Assembly (NCBI GenBank): GCA_040769385.1
Contig: JAXGLD010000003.1
Location: forward strand, 229,458-293,457
Direction: 5' to 3'
Origin: Syntrophomonadaceae bacterium
GTDB lineage: Bacteria > Bacillota > Syntrophomonadia > Syntrophomonadales > Syntrophomonadaceae
DNA: 64,000 nucleotides
Below are positions 9,541 through 19,183 of this stretch, in pieces. A model generated the notes under the pieces. The model did no database searches. It was not told where the DNA came from and worked only from the letters and a program-made list of their open reading frames with translations. Position numbers and translations under genes: made by a program. Numbering within the stretch: the first letter of the stretch is position 1; every line of letters begins with the position of its first letter.

Positions 9541-9756
9541 GTGCCGATATTTGATTTTAAATGCCGCCAATGCGGACATAGTTTCGATATAATGATCCCT
9601 AATGCGGACAAGGATAAAGTGCGCTGCCCGGAGTGCGGCGCCCCTCATCCTACCCAACTATTGTCTTCGTTCAACACTGCCCGACCCGGGCCTGGTGTAA
9701 GTAAGCCAGCCCCGGATGGATGCAGTGGATGTGCTGCCGCCGGGACGGGTGGCTGA
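9541..9756 (+). CDS. FmdB-family zinc-ribbon putative regulatory protein
   Basis: FKCRQCGHSF...RCPECG CxxC/CxxC ribbon. 71 aa with a Gly/Ala/Cys-rich tail. Confidence 0.8.
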   Translation: MPIFDFKCRQCGHSFDIMIPNADKDKVRCPECGAPHPTQLLSSFNTARPGPGVSKPAPDGCSGCAAAGTGG

Positions 9757-9769
9757 GGGTTAAAATTTT

Positions 9770-9794
9770 AGGCTGCCAGGTGGCAGCCTTTTTG
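9770..9794 (+). terminator. rho-independent terminator
   Basis: AGGCTGCC-AGGT-GGCAGCCT followed by TTTTG. Confidence 0.75.
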
Positions 9795-9813
9795 TCGGGA
9801 GGAGGAATCCTCA

Positions 9814-10464
9814 ATGCAGACCAAGGAGTTAGAGATCAGGAAATCGGCGATTAATACCAGCGGCGTGATTTTGGCGGGGGGTAAGAGTTCCCGGATGAAA
9901 TTCAACAAGGCCTTCGCAGAGATATCAGGCCAGCCGGTAATCCACATTATACTCGACAAATTTGCATCCCTGTTTCAGGAGATACTTATTATAAGTAATG
10001 ATCCGGAACTGTACACCTACCTTGGGGTGCCCGTGTATACCGATATATATCCGCATATGGGACCGGTCGCTGGTATCCATTCCGGCCTTTATCACTGCAG
10101 TCATGACAGCGCTTTTGTCATGGGCTGCGACGTTCCGTTCATGAGCATGGAACTGGTACGGATGATGATCTCCCGATTGGACGGATATGACAGTGTAGTA
10201 CCTCGTCTGGACAATCAACTGCAGCCGCTGGCCGCAGTATACAGCCGCCGGTGTTTGCCGGTGCTGACCTCCTGCTTGGAAACCAACCGGGTCAAATTGA
10301 TCCGCATCTTCGATGAGCTCAATGCCTTGGAGATAACCCGCAGTGATATCGAGAAATTTGGGGTGGCCGAAGAAATGTTCCTTAATCTAAATGATATTGA
10401 GGCTTTGCATCTGGCGACCCAAATAGCAGGGAGGCCTGGAGATAAGAAACAAACGCAAGGTTGA
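9814..10464 (+). CDS. mobA: molybdenum cofactor guanylyltransferase
   Basis: GVILAGGKSSRM NTP-transferase motif. 216 aa. GGGAGGAGG upstream of the ATG. Confidence 0.8.
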   Translation: MQTKELEIRKSAINTSGVILAGGKSSRMKFNKAFAEISGQPVIHIILDKFASLFQEILIISNDPELYTYLGVPVYTDIYPHMGPVAGIHSGLYHCSHDSAFVMGCDVPFMSMELVRMMISRLDGYDSVVPRLDNQLQPLAAVYSRRCLPVLTSCLETNRVKLIRIFDELNALEITRSDIEKFGVAEEMFLNLNDIEALHLATQIAGRPGDKKQTQG

Positions 10465-10474
10465 TCACCTGGAG

Positions 10475-11509
10475 TTGGCATTAAAGACCCCTGATGGGCC
10501 TTTACCTAACGGATTCGAGGACATAATCCTGGTGCCTGATGCGGTGCCGGAACTATCCTGGCAGGAGGTTAGCCTGCAGACTACTTTTTTGGGCAAAAGC
10601 CTGGATTATCCGGTATTGATTAATGCCATGACGGGTGGGACCGAATCCGCCTATCATATCAACAAAACCCTGGCCGCCACCGCCAGGCATTTCGGCTTGG
10701 CCATGGCGGTAGGATCGATGACCATCGCCATGGAAAATCCAGCCGTGCTGGACAGTTTTACCGTAGCCCGGGAAGCGAACCCGGACGGTATTATCATTGC
10801 CAATTGCAGCGCCAACCTGGAGGCGGGAAAAGCCTGCCGGTTGGTCGACCTGATTGCTGCTGATGCCCTGCAACTTCATCTTAATGTGGCTCAGGAATTG
10901 GCCATGGAAGAAGGAGAGCGCGATTTCAGAGGGATCCTGGATAATGTGGCCCGGATAGTTGATGATTGCCCGGTCCCGGTAATCGCCAAAGAAGTAGGTT
11001 TTGGTCTGAGTAGGGAGGCGGTCGGGAAACTATACCAAACGGGAGTGCGAATAGTAGATAATGGCGGCAGCGGTGGAACCAACTTCATCGCCATTGAACA
11101 CCAACGCCGGGGCCTATTCGACCAGCAGTTGTATGAATGGGGTATTCCCACTGCCGTCAGCCTGGCGGAGATAATTGCCCTAGACCTGCCCCTGCAGGTA
11201 ATTGCCGCTGGCGGTATCCATACCCCCCTTGACATTGCCAAGGCCATTGCGATGGGGGCCGACCTGGTAGGCATGGCCGGCTGGTTCCTCCGCCGATTGG
11301 AGCATGGGCAGGACTTGACTGGCCAGCTCTCCGGTCTGCTCCGGCAATTACAGGCGGTGTTCTTAATGTGTGGCGCCGGTAATTGTGAGAGCCTGAAAAC
11401 CAAACCGCTGTTGATTCTGGGCCGCACGGCTGACTGGCTGCGGGCCAGAGGAATTGAGCCAGCCATTTGGTCGGCCCGCAATGATCAAAAAGGTTTGGCC
11501 ATTGATTAG
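10475..11509 (+). CDS. fni: type 2 isopentenyl-diphosphate delta-isomerase (FMN-dependent)
   Basis: INAMTGG, VIAKEVGFG, NGGSGGTNF and AAGGI blocks. TTG 10475 is the first canonical start, but the conserved RKVDHLELAL is encoded in-frame upstream, so the true start is probably at 10436-10442. Confidence 0.85.
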   Translation: MALKTPDGPLPNGFEDIILVPDAVPELSWQEVSLQTTFLGKSLDYPVLINAMTGGTESAYHINKTLAATARHFGLAMAVGSMTIAMENPAVLDSFTVAREANPDGIIIANCSANLEAGKACRLVDLIAADALQLHLNVAQELAMEEGERDFRGILDNVARIVDDCPVPVIAKEVGFGLSREAVGKLYQTGVRIVDNGGSGGTNFIAIEHQRRGLFDQQLYEWGIPTAVSLAEIIALDLPLQVIAAGGIHTPLDIAKAIAMGADLVGMAGWFLRRLEHGQDLTGQLSGLLRQLQAVFLMCGAGNCESLKTKPLLILGRTADWLRARGIEPAIWSARNDQKGLAID

Positions 11510-11577
11510 ACCCAAAACAGATCTATGAAACCAATAGTATTTTAATAATCGCATACGCATTTATGGCAGATCGTCTG

Positions 11578-11602
11578 AGCCCGTCTTTATGGCGGGCTTT
11601 GT
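11578..11602 (+). terminator. possible terminator after fni
   Basis: AGCCCGTC-TTTAT-GGCGGGCT hairpin with only a weak T-tract (TTTGTC). Confidence 0.35.
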
Positions 11603-11700
11603 CATTAGCATCGTTTTACATAAACAAAGTCAACGCTGGGTAACCTATTTGAAAATCGCCATGCAAGCAATGGTACTGAGATGCTATAAGGAAAGGAAGG

Positions 11701-12435
11701 ATGGCCCCAATGCTCAATTTTCCAATAGGCTTGATAAGCCTGGTAATAGTGTCCATATTGATCTACTTTGGAGTAGCCCATCGAGTCCTGGATAAACTGA
11801 GGATGAATGACAAGGCTGCTTTAGCGGTAATAGCAGCTATCATCATTGGCAGCTTTATCGATATACCTCTTGGCAGCCGGGTGACTCTTAACCTGGGTGG
11901 CTCAATCGCGGTAATACTGGCTCTCTATGTATGGTTGGGAGCGGGTACCTCCTGGGAGAAGATACGTTCCCTTATAGCCGCGATAGTGACCGGTTTGGCA
12001 CTGTACCTGGCCGCTCGCTATTTGGGGGCTGAACCTGAGAATATTTTCATAGACGCTATCTACATTTATCCCTTGATCGCCGGCATCGTGGGCTACCTAG
12101 CCGGGCGCTCCCGGCGCGGTGCTTTTTTCGCGGCGGTTATGGGGGTTCTTTCCCTGGATGTGGCCCAATACATCTATCTGATGCGCACTGGATTGCGAGG
12201 CACGGTGCATATCGGCGGAGCCGGCGCCTTTGATTCTTTGATCCTGGCGGGCATACTGGCAGTATTGTTGGCTGAACTCATTGGAGAAAGTCTGGAGAGG
12301 ATTCAGGGTGGTCCCCAAACGGAAGGACGGCCCCGGGAACTGATAGAGAATCTGCGGGAGCCGGAACCCGCTCGCAAGCCACTGGATGAAGACAAACCTG
12401 ACACAGACAAGGAACGGGGTGAAGGCGATGCGTAA
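11701..12435 (+). CDS. integral membrane protein with charged C-terminal tail (function unknown)
   Basis: About six hydrophobic helices, then an RPRELIENLREPEPARKPLDEDKPDTDKERGEGDA tail. Overlaps the spoIIP start by 8 nt. Confidence 0.6.
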   Translation: MAPMLNFPIGLISLVIVSILIYFGVAHRVLDKLRMNDKAALAVIAAIIIGSFIDIPLGSRVTLNLGGSIAVILALYVWLGAGTSWEKIRSLIAAIVTGLALYLAARYLGAEPENIFIDAIYIYPLIAGIVGYLAGRSRRGAFFAAVMGVLSLDVAQYIYLMRTGLRGTVHIGGAGAFDSLILAGILAVLLAELIGESLERIQGGPQTEGRPRELIENLREPEPARKPLDEDKPDTDKERGEGDA

Positions 12436-13486
12436 ATGTTTAAGCGTTCTGATTGTGGCCATATTTCTAACCTCCTCAATATTTGTGAACCCGGCAGCAG
12501 CGGAGGGGGAAGCCCCTTTCGGAGAGTACTTTTCTCTGATCAACGATGACGGCTACGTGATATTGCAGACCGCACAGGAAGTAAACCCTGGTGACGTCTA
12601 TATAGCTTCCGACAATTCACGCTACGAAGTGACGGAAGTAGTGGGTTATAATGCCAAGTGTACCTATCAGGGCAAGGAGGAGATGCCTGAGCTCACCACC
12701 GACCCGCCGGTTCAGGCAGGTATATTTGATAGCGTTGTCCCGATCGTAAAACAAGGCGAAAAACCCACAATAGCGGTTTACCACACCCATAGTGACGAAT
12801 CCTATGTACCCAGCGACGGGAAAGAGAGTATCCAGGGAAACGGCGGAATTTATGACGTCGGTGCAACTCTGGTGGATGAACTGAAGTCAATGGGATTCAA
12901 TGTGCAATACAACACCGAAAACCACAACCCCCACGACGTCAATGCCTATAATCGCTCTCGTAAAACCGCGGCATCTCTGATGAAGAGTGCACCAGCAGCC
13001 ATCATCGATGTGCACCGTGATGCGGTTCCACCTGGTCAATACCAGACCCAGATAAACGGTAAAAATGCCACCAAAATAAAATTGGTGGTAGGCCGCTCCA
13101 ATCCCAATTCCAAAACCAATCTCGAATTTGCCAAGAACCTGAAATCAGCCATGGACAAGAAAGCCCCCAGCCTGTCCAACGGGATATTTATAGGCAAAGG
13201 CTCCTTTAATCAGGATCTAAGCCCTAGAGCCATTCTGATCGAAGTAGGCACCCATTTGAATGACAAGGCCGCGGCTGAACAGGGAGTAAAAGCATTTGCC
13301 AGCGTATTGCCTACCGTGCTGGGTACGACCCCTGCGGGCGGCGGTTCAGGCAGCAATTCACCTGCGCAAAAGCCGGCCTCCTCGGATCAAGGATCGGGTA
13401 GCACGATTTTGATAATGCTGTTGGTGGTAGCGGCAGCAGCGGTGGGATTCTATCTGTTGAACAAAGGCTCCCTGTCCAAGAAGTAG
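12428..13486 (+). CDS. spoIIP: stage II sporulation protein P
   Basis: AVYHTHSDESY and DVHRD motifs of SpoIIP. N-terminal signal peptide ...NPAAAEGE. Start placed at ATG 12428. Confidence 0.85.
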   Translation: MRKCLSVLIVAIFLTSSIFVNPAAAEGEAPFGEYFSLINDDGYVILQTAQEVNPGDVYIASDNSRYEVTEVVGYNAKCTYQGKEEMPELTTDPPVQAGIFDSVVPIVKQGEKPTIAVYHTHSDESYVPSDGKESIQGNGGIYDVGATLVDELKSMGFNVQYNTENHNPHDVNAYNRSRKTAASLMKSAPAAIIDVHRDAVPPGQYQTQINGKNATKIKLVVGRSNPNSKTNLEFAKNLKSAMDKKAPSLSNGIFIGKGSFNQDLSPRAILIEVGTHLNDKAAAEQGVKAFASVLPTVLGTTPAGGGSGSNSPAQKPASSDQGSGSTILIMLLVVAAAAVGFYLLNKGSLSKK

Positions 13487-13519
13487 ACCCAATCAGTCTA
13501 AACAAGAAGGGAAATCGGG

Positions 13520-13981
13520 ATGAAAATCATATACCATTGTTTTGGGGGATCACATTCATCCGTATCCGCAGCCGCTATACACTTGGGGCTTTTGGACCAC
13601 CAGAGAATCCCGACCGAAGAAGACCTGGTAAGGATCCCCTATTACGATAAGACGACCGACGCTGATTTTGGCAAGATCAGATATATGGGTACTGACGATG
13701 CCGGCAATGACGTGTATGTATTCGGCAAGAAGACTTTCAGCAACCGTTACGCCTCGGTATTAATGGGTATCGCAAAAATATTGGGGGAACAGGATCAGTT
13801 GGTCATGGTCGACTGTATGAACCGGGTCAACTGGAGCATGAAGATTGGGGGATTTACCTCGCGGCGACTAGGCCTGACCATGGTGGGGCGGCCGATCGTT
13901 ACCTGGGGCACCAGGCAAGCATTTAACCAACTGGTCAATCTGGTCGAAATCACCAGAGTAAAGACCCTCGGATATAAATGA
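13520..13981 (+). CDS. DUF3189-family protein
   Basis: MKIIYHCFGGSHSSVSAAAIHLG N-terminus is characteristic of the Firmicute DUF3189 family. 153 aa. Confidence 0.7.
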   Translation: MKIIYHCFGGSHSSVSAAAIHLGLLDHQRIPTEEDLVRIPYYDKTTDADFGKIRYMGTDDAGNDVYVFGKKTFSNRYASVLMGIAKILGEQDQLVMVDCMNRVNWSMKIGGFTSRRLGLTMVGRPIVTWGTRQAFNQLVNLVEITRVKTLGYK

Positions 13982-14003
13982 AGACAGCTTTGACGAGTAA
14001 CTT

Positions 14004-14447
14004 ATGAAAATAGTTTTCTTGGGTACCATCGGCATATATCATCCGATCTTGGCAGCCCACCTTTATCTCGGCCGTGAATTGAACGATGACAATAGTCACT
14101 TGTCCGGTTGGGGGGATTTCAGCCAGGAGGATTCAGGCTATCCGATATTGGTGGGACAGGATAGCCTTGGTAATCAAGTGTACGCTTTGGGCGCCGGGAT
14201 TGAAGTAACCATGACCAGAGAGACCATAAAACAGTTGGTTGAGATTCTTGGTCATTCTCCGGATGAGCTGCTTATCAAGACGATATCAGTTCAAACGGAA
14301 ATAGCACTGATTTATCTATACCGGATGGCTGCGTTCAGGATACTGCAAAAACCTATAAATGCAGTCGTCGCCCGCCTGTTGAGGCCGGAGTACGCATCCC
14401 TGCAAAGACAGGTCGATGAATTCAAAGCAGAGGCCAGATTTTCGTAA
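14004..14447 (+). CDS. DUF3189-family protein (diverged tandem paralog)
   Basis: Same size and architecture as the upstream gene (MKIVFLGTIGIYHPILAAHLYLG), but the GGSHSS block is replaced. Confidence 0.65.
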   Translation: MKIVFLGTIGIYHPILAAHLYLGRELNDDNSHLSGWGDFSQEDSGYPILVGQDSLGNQVYALGAGIEVTMTRETIKQLVEILGHSPDELLIKTISVQTEIALIYLYRMAAFRILQKPINAVVARLLRPEYASLQRQVDEFKAEARFS

Positions 14448-14562
14448 ATGAAGTCTGGTCTTTTTGCACATCTTGCGCCGAGACCGCATATCGAAGATAA
14501 TTGATACGGCACCTTTTTCCAAGATGTCCCTTTGCATTAAGCTGTATCAGGTGGTGGTATTT

Positions 14563-15894
14563 ATGGCAGGTCGTATCAGTGGCGTAAGCAATGGCAGCAT
14601 AGCAGCCGAGTTGGCAATTGTCCCCGGCGATACGCTCATTGCCATCAATGGCCAACCTATCAACGACATCCTCGATTACGAATTCCAGGCCCAGGATGAC
14701 ACCCTGGTGGTGGAAATTGAGAAGTTCAATGGTGAAACCTGGCTGCTGGAGATTGACAAGGATTACGATGAAACGCTGGGGTTGGAATTTGAAGAACTGG
14801 TCTTTGATAGGCTGAGGCCGTGCTCCAACCGTTGTATTTTTTGCTTTGTCGACCAGCTGCCGGAGAACATGCGGGGTTCACTTTATATCAAGGATGACGA
14901 CTACCGTCATTCCTTCATAAACGGCAACTTCATCACCTTGACCAACCTACGGGATAAGGATTGGGACAAGATAATCCGGATGCATTTGAGTCCTCTCTAT
15001 GTATCGGTCCATTGTACCCAAACCGAGCTCAGAGAAAAAATGCTTATGAACCGCCGGGCGGGGAGTGTAAAGCAGGACCTACAGCGTTTACACGAAGCAG
15101 GAATCCAGGTCCATACCCAGGTGGTAGTGTGCCCGGGTTGGAATGATGGAGGGGTCCTGCAGGAGACGATCGAGGATTTGGCTTCACTATATCCCGGAGT
15201 GCTTTCGGTGGGACTGGTTCCGGTAGGAATGACCGGGCATCGGTCGGGCCTTCCCGAACTCACTTCAGTATCGGCTGATTTGGCAGGGGCTATCATAGAA
15301 GCGACCAATGCCAACCAAGCCAGGTTTAGACAGGCTTTGGGGGTCGGATTTGTTTATGCGGCGGATGAATTCTATATCAAAGCCGGCCGCCCTATTCCTT
15401 CGGCTGATTATTATGATGACTTCTGCCAGATCGAGAATGGCATAGGTCTGTCTCGTGTCTTCCTGGAGGAATTCCATGAACTGGAGCCTGGTCTGCCGGA
15501 TACCGTGCCGTCTACCCAGGTTTACATTGTTACCGGTCAATCAGCTAGGGTAGTATTGGCGCCGGTGATAAAACGACTTAATCAAATTGAAGGTCTGAAT
15601 GTGCAGCTAATAGAAGTCAGTAACCAGTTTTTCGGCGGGGGAGTGACGGTAACTGGACTTTTGACCGGCCGAGATATTCTGGCTGCATTAGGGCAAGCTT
15701 ACTGGGGCCAAAAGGTGATAATACCCGATATCGTCTTACGGGATGGATGCACGGTATTGTTAGATGATATAGAAATCGATGAGATAAGAAGAGTCAGCGG
15801 TGCAGATATACGGATTGCCGCAAGCAGTGCTCCCGGGCTGATTGAATCCCTGCTGGGGATCGCCGCCAATAATAATGGAGATGAACGGAGGTAG
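14563..15894 (+). CDS. PDZ / radical-SAM / DUF512 protein
   Basis: PDZ-like N-terminus (GVSNGSIAAELAIVPGDTLIAINGQ), a Cx3Cx2C motif (CSNRCIFC), and a DUF512-type C-terminus. Start moved to ATG 14563. Conserved position upstream of der. Confidence 0.8.
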   Translation: MAGRISGVSNGSIAAELAIVPGDTLIAINGQPINDILDYEFQAQDDTLVVEIEKFNGETWLLEIDKDYDETLGLEFEELVFDRLRPCSNRCIFCFVDQLPENMRGSLYIKDDDYRHSFINGNFITLTNLRDKDWDKIIRMHLSPLYVSVHCTQTELREKMLMNRRAGSVKQDLQRLHEAGIQVHTQVVVCPGWNDGGVLQETIEDLASLYPGVLSVGLVPVGMTGHRSGLPELTSVSADLAGAIIEATNANQARFRQALGVGFVYAADEFYIKAGRPIPSADYYDDFCQIENGIGLSRVFLEEFHELEPGLPDTVPSTQVYIVTGQSARVVLAPVIKRLNQIEGLNVQLIEVSNQFFGGGVTVTGLLTGRDILAALGQAYWGQKVIIPDIVLRDGCTVLLDDIEIDEIRRVSGADIRIAASSAPGLIESLLGIAANNNGDERR

Positions 15895-15896
15895 TT

Positions 15897-17219
15897 ATGG
15901 CCAAACCGGTAGTGGCGATAGTAGGTCGTCCCAATGTGGGCAAATCAACGTTATTTAACCGTCTGGTAGGAGCCCGTAAGGCCATCGTCGAAGATATTCC
16001 AGGCGTGACTCGTGACCGCCTGTATGACGTCACCGATTGGGCCGGCCGTGAGTTTGTGATCATAGATACCGGGGGGATACGTTTTGACGAAGGTGATATC
16101 TTCGCCCGGGAGATAAAAATGCAGGCCCAGCTGGCCATCGAGGAAGCCGATGTTATAATGCTGGTACTGGATACCCAGGAAGGCATAACTCCTGAGGATG
16201 AACAGGTGGCCAACCTGCTGCGGCGAAGTCAGAAACCGGTAGTGCTGGCAGCTAACAAAGTGGAAAACTTTGACCGCCAAATGGAATACTTCGAGTTCTA
16301 TAATCTGGGATTGGGCGATCCTATCCCGGTTTCGGCCATGCACGGCAGAAATATTAATGAACTGCTGGATGCGGTAGTGGACAAATTCGCACCCGCCCAG
16401 GAATACCCGGAAGATGCCGAAGCGATTAAGATAGCGATAGTAGGTCGTCCCAATGTGGGCAAGTCTTCGTTGGTAAACGCCCTGCTGGGCGAGGAAAGGG
16501 TGATCGTCAGTGACACCCCCGGCACCACCCGCGACTCCATCGATACCCCTTTTGAATATGAAGGTAATCGATACATTCTGATAGACACTGCTGGAATCCG
16601 CAAGAAATCCAGGATCACCGAGGCCACGGAAAGATACAGTGTAATACGTTCCTTGAAGAGCGTGGAACGGGCTGATGTGGTGCTGATAATGCTGGACGCC
16701 AGCGAGGGGGTCATCGAACAGGATAAAAGGATCGCCGGTTACGTTCATGAACAGGGCAAGGCTAGCGTTATCATCGTCAATAAATGGGATCTGATTGAAA
16801 AAGACGGCCAGACGATGAACAAATTCGATAAAGACATAAGAGAGGAATTGAAGTTCCTGGCCTACTGCCCGATCCTATATGTTTCGGCCCTGACCCGGAA
16901 GAGGATATTTAAAATACTGGAGCTGGTGGATTTTGTGTCTGACCAGCACAATCGCCGGGTACAGACGTCGGAGTTGAACCAGGTAGTAAACGAAGCCATG
17001 CTGCTGAATCCGCTGCCGGGAGGCGGGGGCAGAAAAATCAAGATATATTATGCCGCCCAGGTGCACACCGCGCCGCCTACTTTTGTTTTCTTTGCCAATT
17101 ATCCGGAAAAGGTCCATTTTTCATACCTGCGCTACTTGGACAATGCCCTGCGTAAAAACTTCGGTTTCGAGGGCACACCAATCCGCTTGATCGTACGCAA
17201 GCGTGAGAAGACGCCCTAA
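15897..17219 (+). CDS. der: ribosome biogenesis GTPase Der (EngA)
   Basis: Two tandem G domains, each with GRPNVGKS(T/S), plus a KH-like C-terminus. 440 aa. Confidence 0.95.
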   Translation: MAKPVVAIVGRPNVGKSTLFNRLVGARKAIVEDIPGVTRDRLYDVTDWAGREFVIIDTGGIRFDEGDIFAREIKMQAQLAIEEADVIMLVLDTQEGITPEDEQVANLLRRSQKPVVLAANKVENFDRQMEYFEFYNLGLGDPIPVSAMHGRNINELLDAVVDKFAPAQEYPEDAEAIKIAIVGRPNVGKSSLVNALLGEERVIVSDTPGTTRDSIDTPFEYEGNRYILIDTAGIRKKSRITEATERYSVIRSLKSVERADVVLIMLDASEGVIEQDKRIAGYVHEQGKASVIIVNKWDLIEKDGQTMNKFDKDIREELKFLAYCPILYVSALTRKRIFKILELVDFVSDQHNRRVQTSELNQVVNEAMLLNPLPGGGGRKIKIYYAAQVHTAPPTFVFFANYPEKVHFSYLRYLDNALRKNFGFEGTPIRLIVRKREKTP

Positions 17220-17299
17220 CCTGCGGGGGGGCAGTTGAAGCGGCGACGGAGTAGTTCTTGGGCCTGTTAAGACTGGGAGAGGAAAGGTTGGGTGAGGCT

Positions 17300-17896
17300 A
17301 TGAGCGAACTCGGGGTATTGCTGGTACTGTTGTCATATCTAATTGGGTCGATTCCGTTTTCCTTTATATTCAGCCGTTTCCTGGGCGGTGTGGACATTCG
17401 TACCAAAGGAACCGGAAATGTGGGAGCCACCAATGTGTTGCGTTCGGTGGGGGTTAAAATAGCCATTGCCGCATTGGCGGGCGATTTGGCCAAAGGCCTT
17501 CTGGCCGCCTGGTGGGGCAGTTATTTCGGTGGTCCTGGTCTGGGGGCAGTATGCTCGGTTGCGGTTGTGGCAGGACATTGCTGGCCCGTTTTTCTCCGTT
17601 TCCGGGGCGGCAAGGGAGTGGCCACCGCGGCGGGAGTCATATTTATGTTGTTCCCTATGGTTGGATTGCTGGAAGCGGTGGTTTTTTTCACTGTAGTAGG
17701 GTTGAGCCGCTATGTTTCCCTGGGCTCGGTGACCGCAGCTCTGGCATTTCCCTTCCTGGTCCTTCTGACCCATCAGCCCTCTCAGTATGTTGTGATGGCC
17801 ATTATTATTGCCGCCATTATTGTGTATCGCCACCGCAGTAATATAGAAAGAATCCGTAAAGGTACCGAGAGCAAGGTGAATGAGAAGGCTTTATGA
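17300..17896 (+). CDS. plsY: acyl-phosphate glycerol-3-phosphate acyltransferase
   Basis: IGSIPFSFIFSR...TKGTGNVGATNVLR signature. Multi-pass membrane protein. Start at ATG 17300. Confidence 0.9.
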   Translation: MSELGVLLVLLSYLIGSIPFSFIFSRFLGGVDIRTKGTGNVGATNVLRSVGVKIAIAALAGDLAKGLLAAWWGSYFGGPGLGAVCSVAVVAGHCWPVFLRFRGGKGVATAAGVIFMLFPMVGLLEAVVFFTVVGLSRYVSLGSVTAALAFPFLVLLTHQPSQYVVMAIIIAAIIVYRHRSNIERIRKGTESKVNEKAL

Positions 17897-17919
17897 TCTA
17901 AGAATATAGGGAGGTATAA

Positions 17920-18954
17920 ATGATCAGGAAAATATGCATTTTGGGTGCCGGCAGTTGGGGTACAGCTCTGGCTACCCTTCTGGGCAAGAATGAATACCGG
18001 GTGGTATTGTGGGGCCGGGAGGAAGACGGGGTGGAGCAAATCACCACCCTGCGTGAGAACCGCCGCTTCCTTCCTGGGGTAGTGGTCCCCGACACGGTGA
18101 CCTCCACCACGGACATGGCACAAGCCATAGACGGGGCAGACTGGGTGGTTCTGTCGGTGCCATCCCAGGCCCTGCGGACGGTGCTGCAACAAGCCCGAGA
18201 ATTTCTTAGACCGGATACATATTTGATTAACACCGCCAAGGGATTGGAAATATCCACCGGTATGCGTATGGAGCAGGTGACGGAAGATGTCCTGGGTGCG
18301 GAAATAATCAAACGCTACGCCGTTCTTTCCGGTCCTAGTCATGCCGAAGAAGTCGGCCGGGCCATCCCTACTGCGGTTACGGTAGCATCGAGGTGTAAAG
18401 AAACCGCTTTTCTGGCTCAGGACCTGTTCATGTCTCCCAGTTTTCGGGTTTACACCAATCCGGATGTAGCCGGGGTGGAACTGGGGGGAGCCCTCAAAAA
18501 TATCATCGCTCTGGCCACTGGTGTGGCTTATGGCTTGGGTTACGGCGATAATACCATGGCCGCATTGATGACCCGCGCCTTGACCGAGATCATCCGGATG
18601 GGTGAATCCCTGGGCGGAGATCCCCGCACCTTTATCGGTTTGAGCGGACTGGGCGATTTGGTAGTCACCTGCGGGAGCCGCCATTCCCGCAACCGCCGGG
18701 CGGGAGAATTGATAGGCCAAGGTTTGAGTCTGGATGAAGCTTTGGAGCAGATAGGCATGGTTGTGGAGGGTGCGCCGACCTGCCGGATAGTACATAAAAT
18801 GGCTTTGCAAGAAGGTATTGAGATGCCGATTACCCGGGCTTGTTACCAGGTATTGTACGAGAATCGCGACCCCCGCGAAGCGGTCCTTTACCTTATGCAG
18901 CGGCAGCGGAAGAACGAGACTGAAGATATCGGGGGATTATCCACCGATTGGTAA
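17920..18954 (+). CDS. gpsA: NAD(P)H-dependent glycerol-3-phosphate dehydrogenase
   Basis: ILGAGSWGTALA Rossmann motif and GLKNIIALA-type block (GGALKNIIALATG). 344 aa. Confidence 0.93.
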   Translation: MIRKICILGAGSWGTALATLLGKNEYRVVLWGREEDGVEQITTLRENRRFLPGVVVPDTVTSTTDMAQAIDGADWVVLSVPSQALRTVLQQAREFLRPDTYLINTAKGLEISTGMRMEQVTEDVLGAEIIKRYAVLSGPSHAEEVGRAIPTAVTVASRCKETAFLAQDLFMSPSFRVYTNPDVAGVELGGALKNIIALATGVAYGLGYGDNTMAALMTRALTEIIRMGESLGGDPRTFIGLSGLGDLVVTCGSRHSRNRRAGELIGQGLSLDEALEQIGMVVEGAPTCRIVHKMALQEGIEMPITRACYQVLYENRDPREAVLYLMQRQRKNETEDIGGLSTDW

Positions 18955-19021
18955 CTAGAAAATAGAGTCATACATCCGTTACAAAGAGAATAAGTTTAGA
19001 AAAGACGGGGAAGGGCTGGTA

Positions 19022-19055
19022 AAAAGTGTGGCAAATATCACACTTTTTTTCTTTT
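19022..19055 (+). terminator. rho-independent terminator after gpsA
   Basis: AAAAGTGTG-GCAAATAT-CACACTTTT followed by a T-run. Confidence 0.8.
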
Positions 19056-19183
19056 CTGGTTATAATCGTGAATCCGCATAAATATATTTATAGTGTTATA
19101 GCCGATTGTCCAATTACGAGGCTATCCTGATTCGGAGGGAGGAGCCGAATAAAAGTCTAAATCCAAGGGAGGGAGAAAGAGAA

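Noticed and set aside
15951-16748. 265-aa and 138-aa ORFs antisense to der.
   Set aside because: They are shadow ORFs of a highly conserved GTPase gene, with no independent signals.
17782-18810. 342-aa minus-strand ORF spanning plsY and gpsA.
   Set aside because: It is antisense to two well-supported genes and crosses their intergenic gap. The His/Gln/Gly-rich composition is not protein-like.
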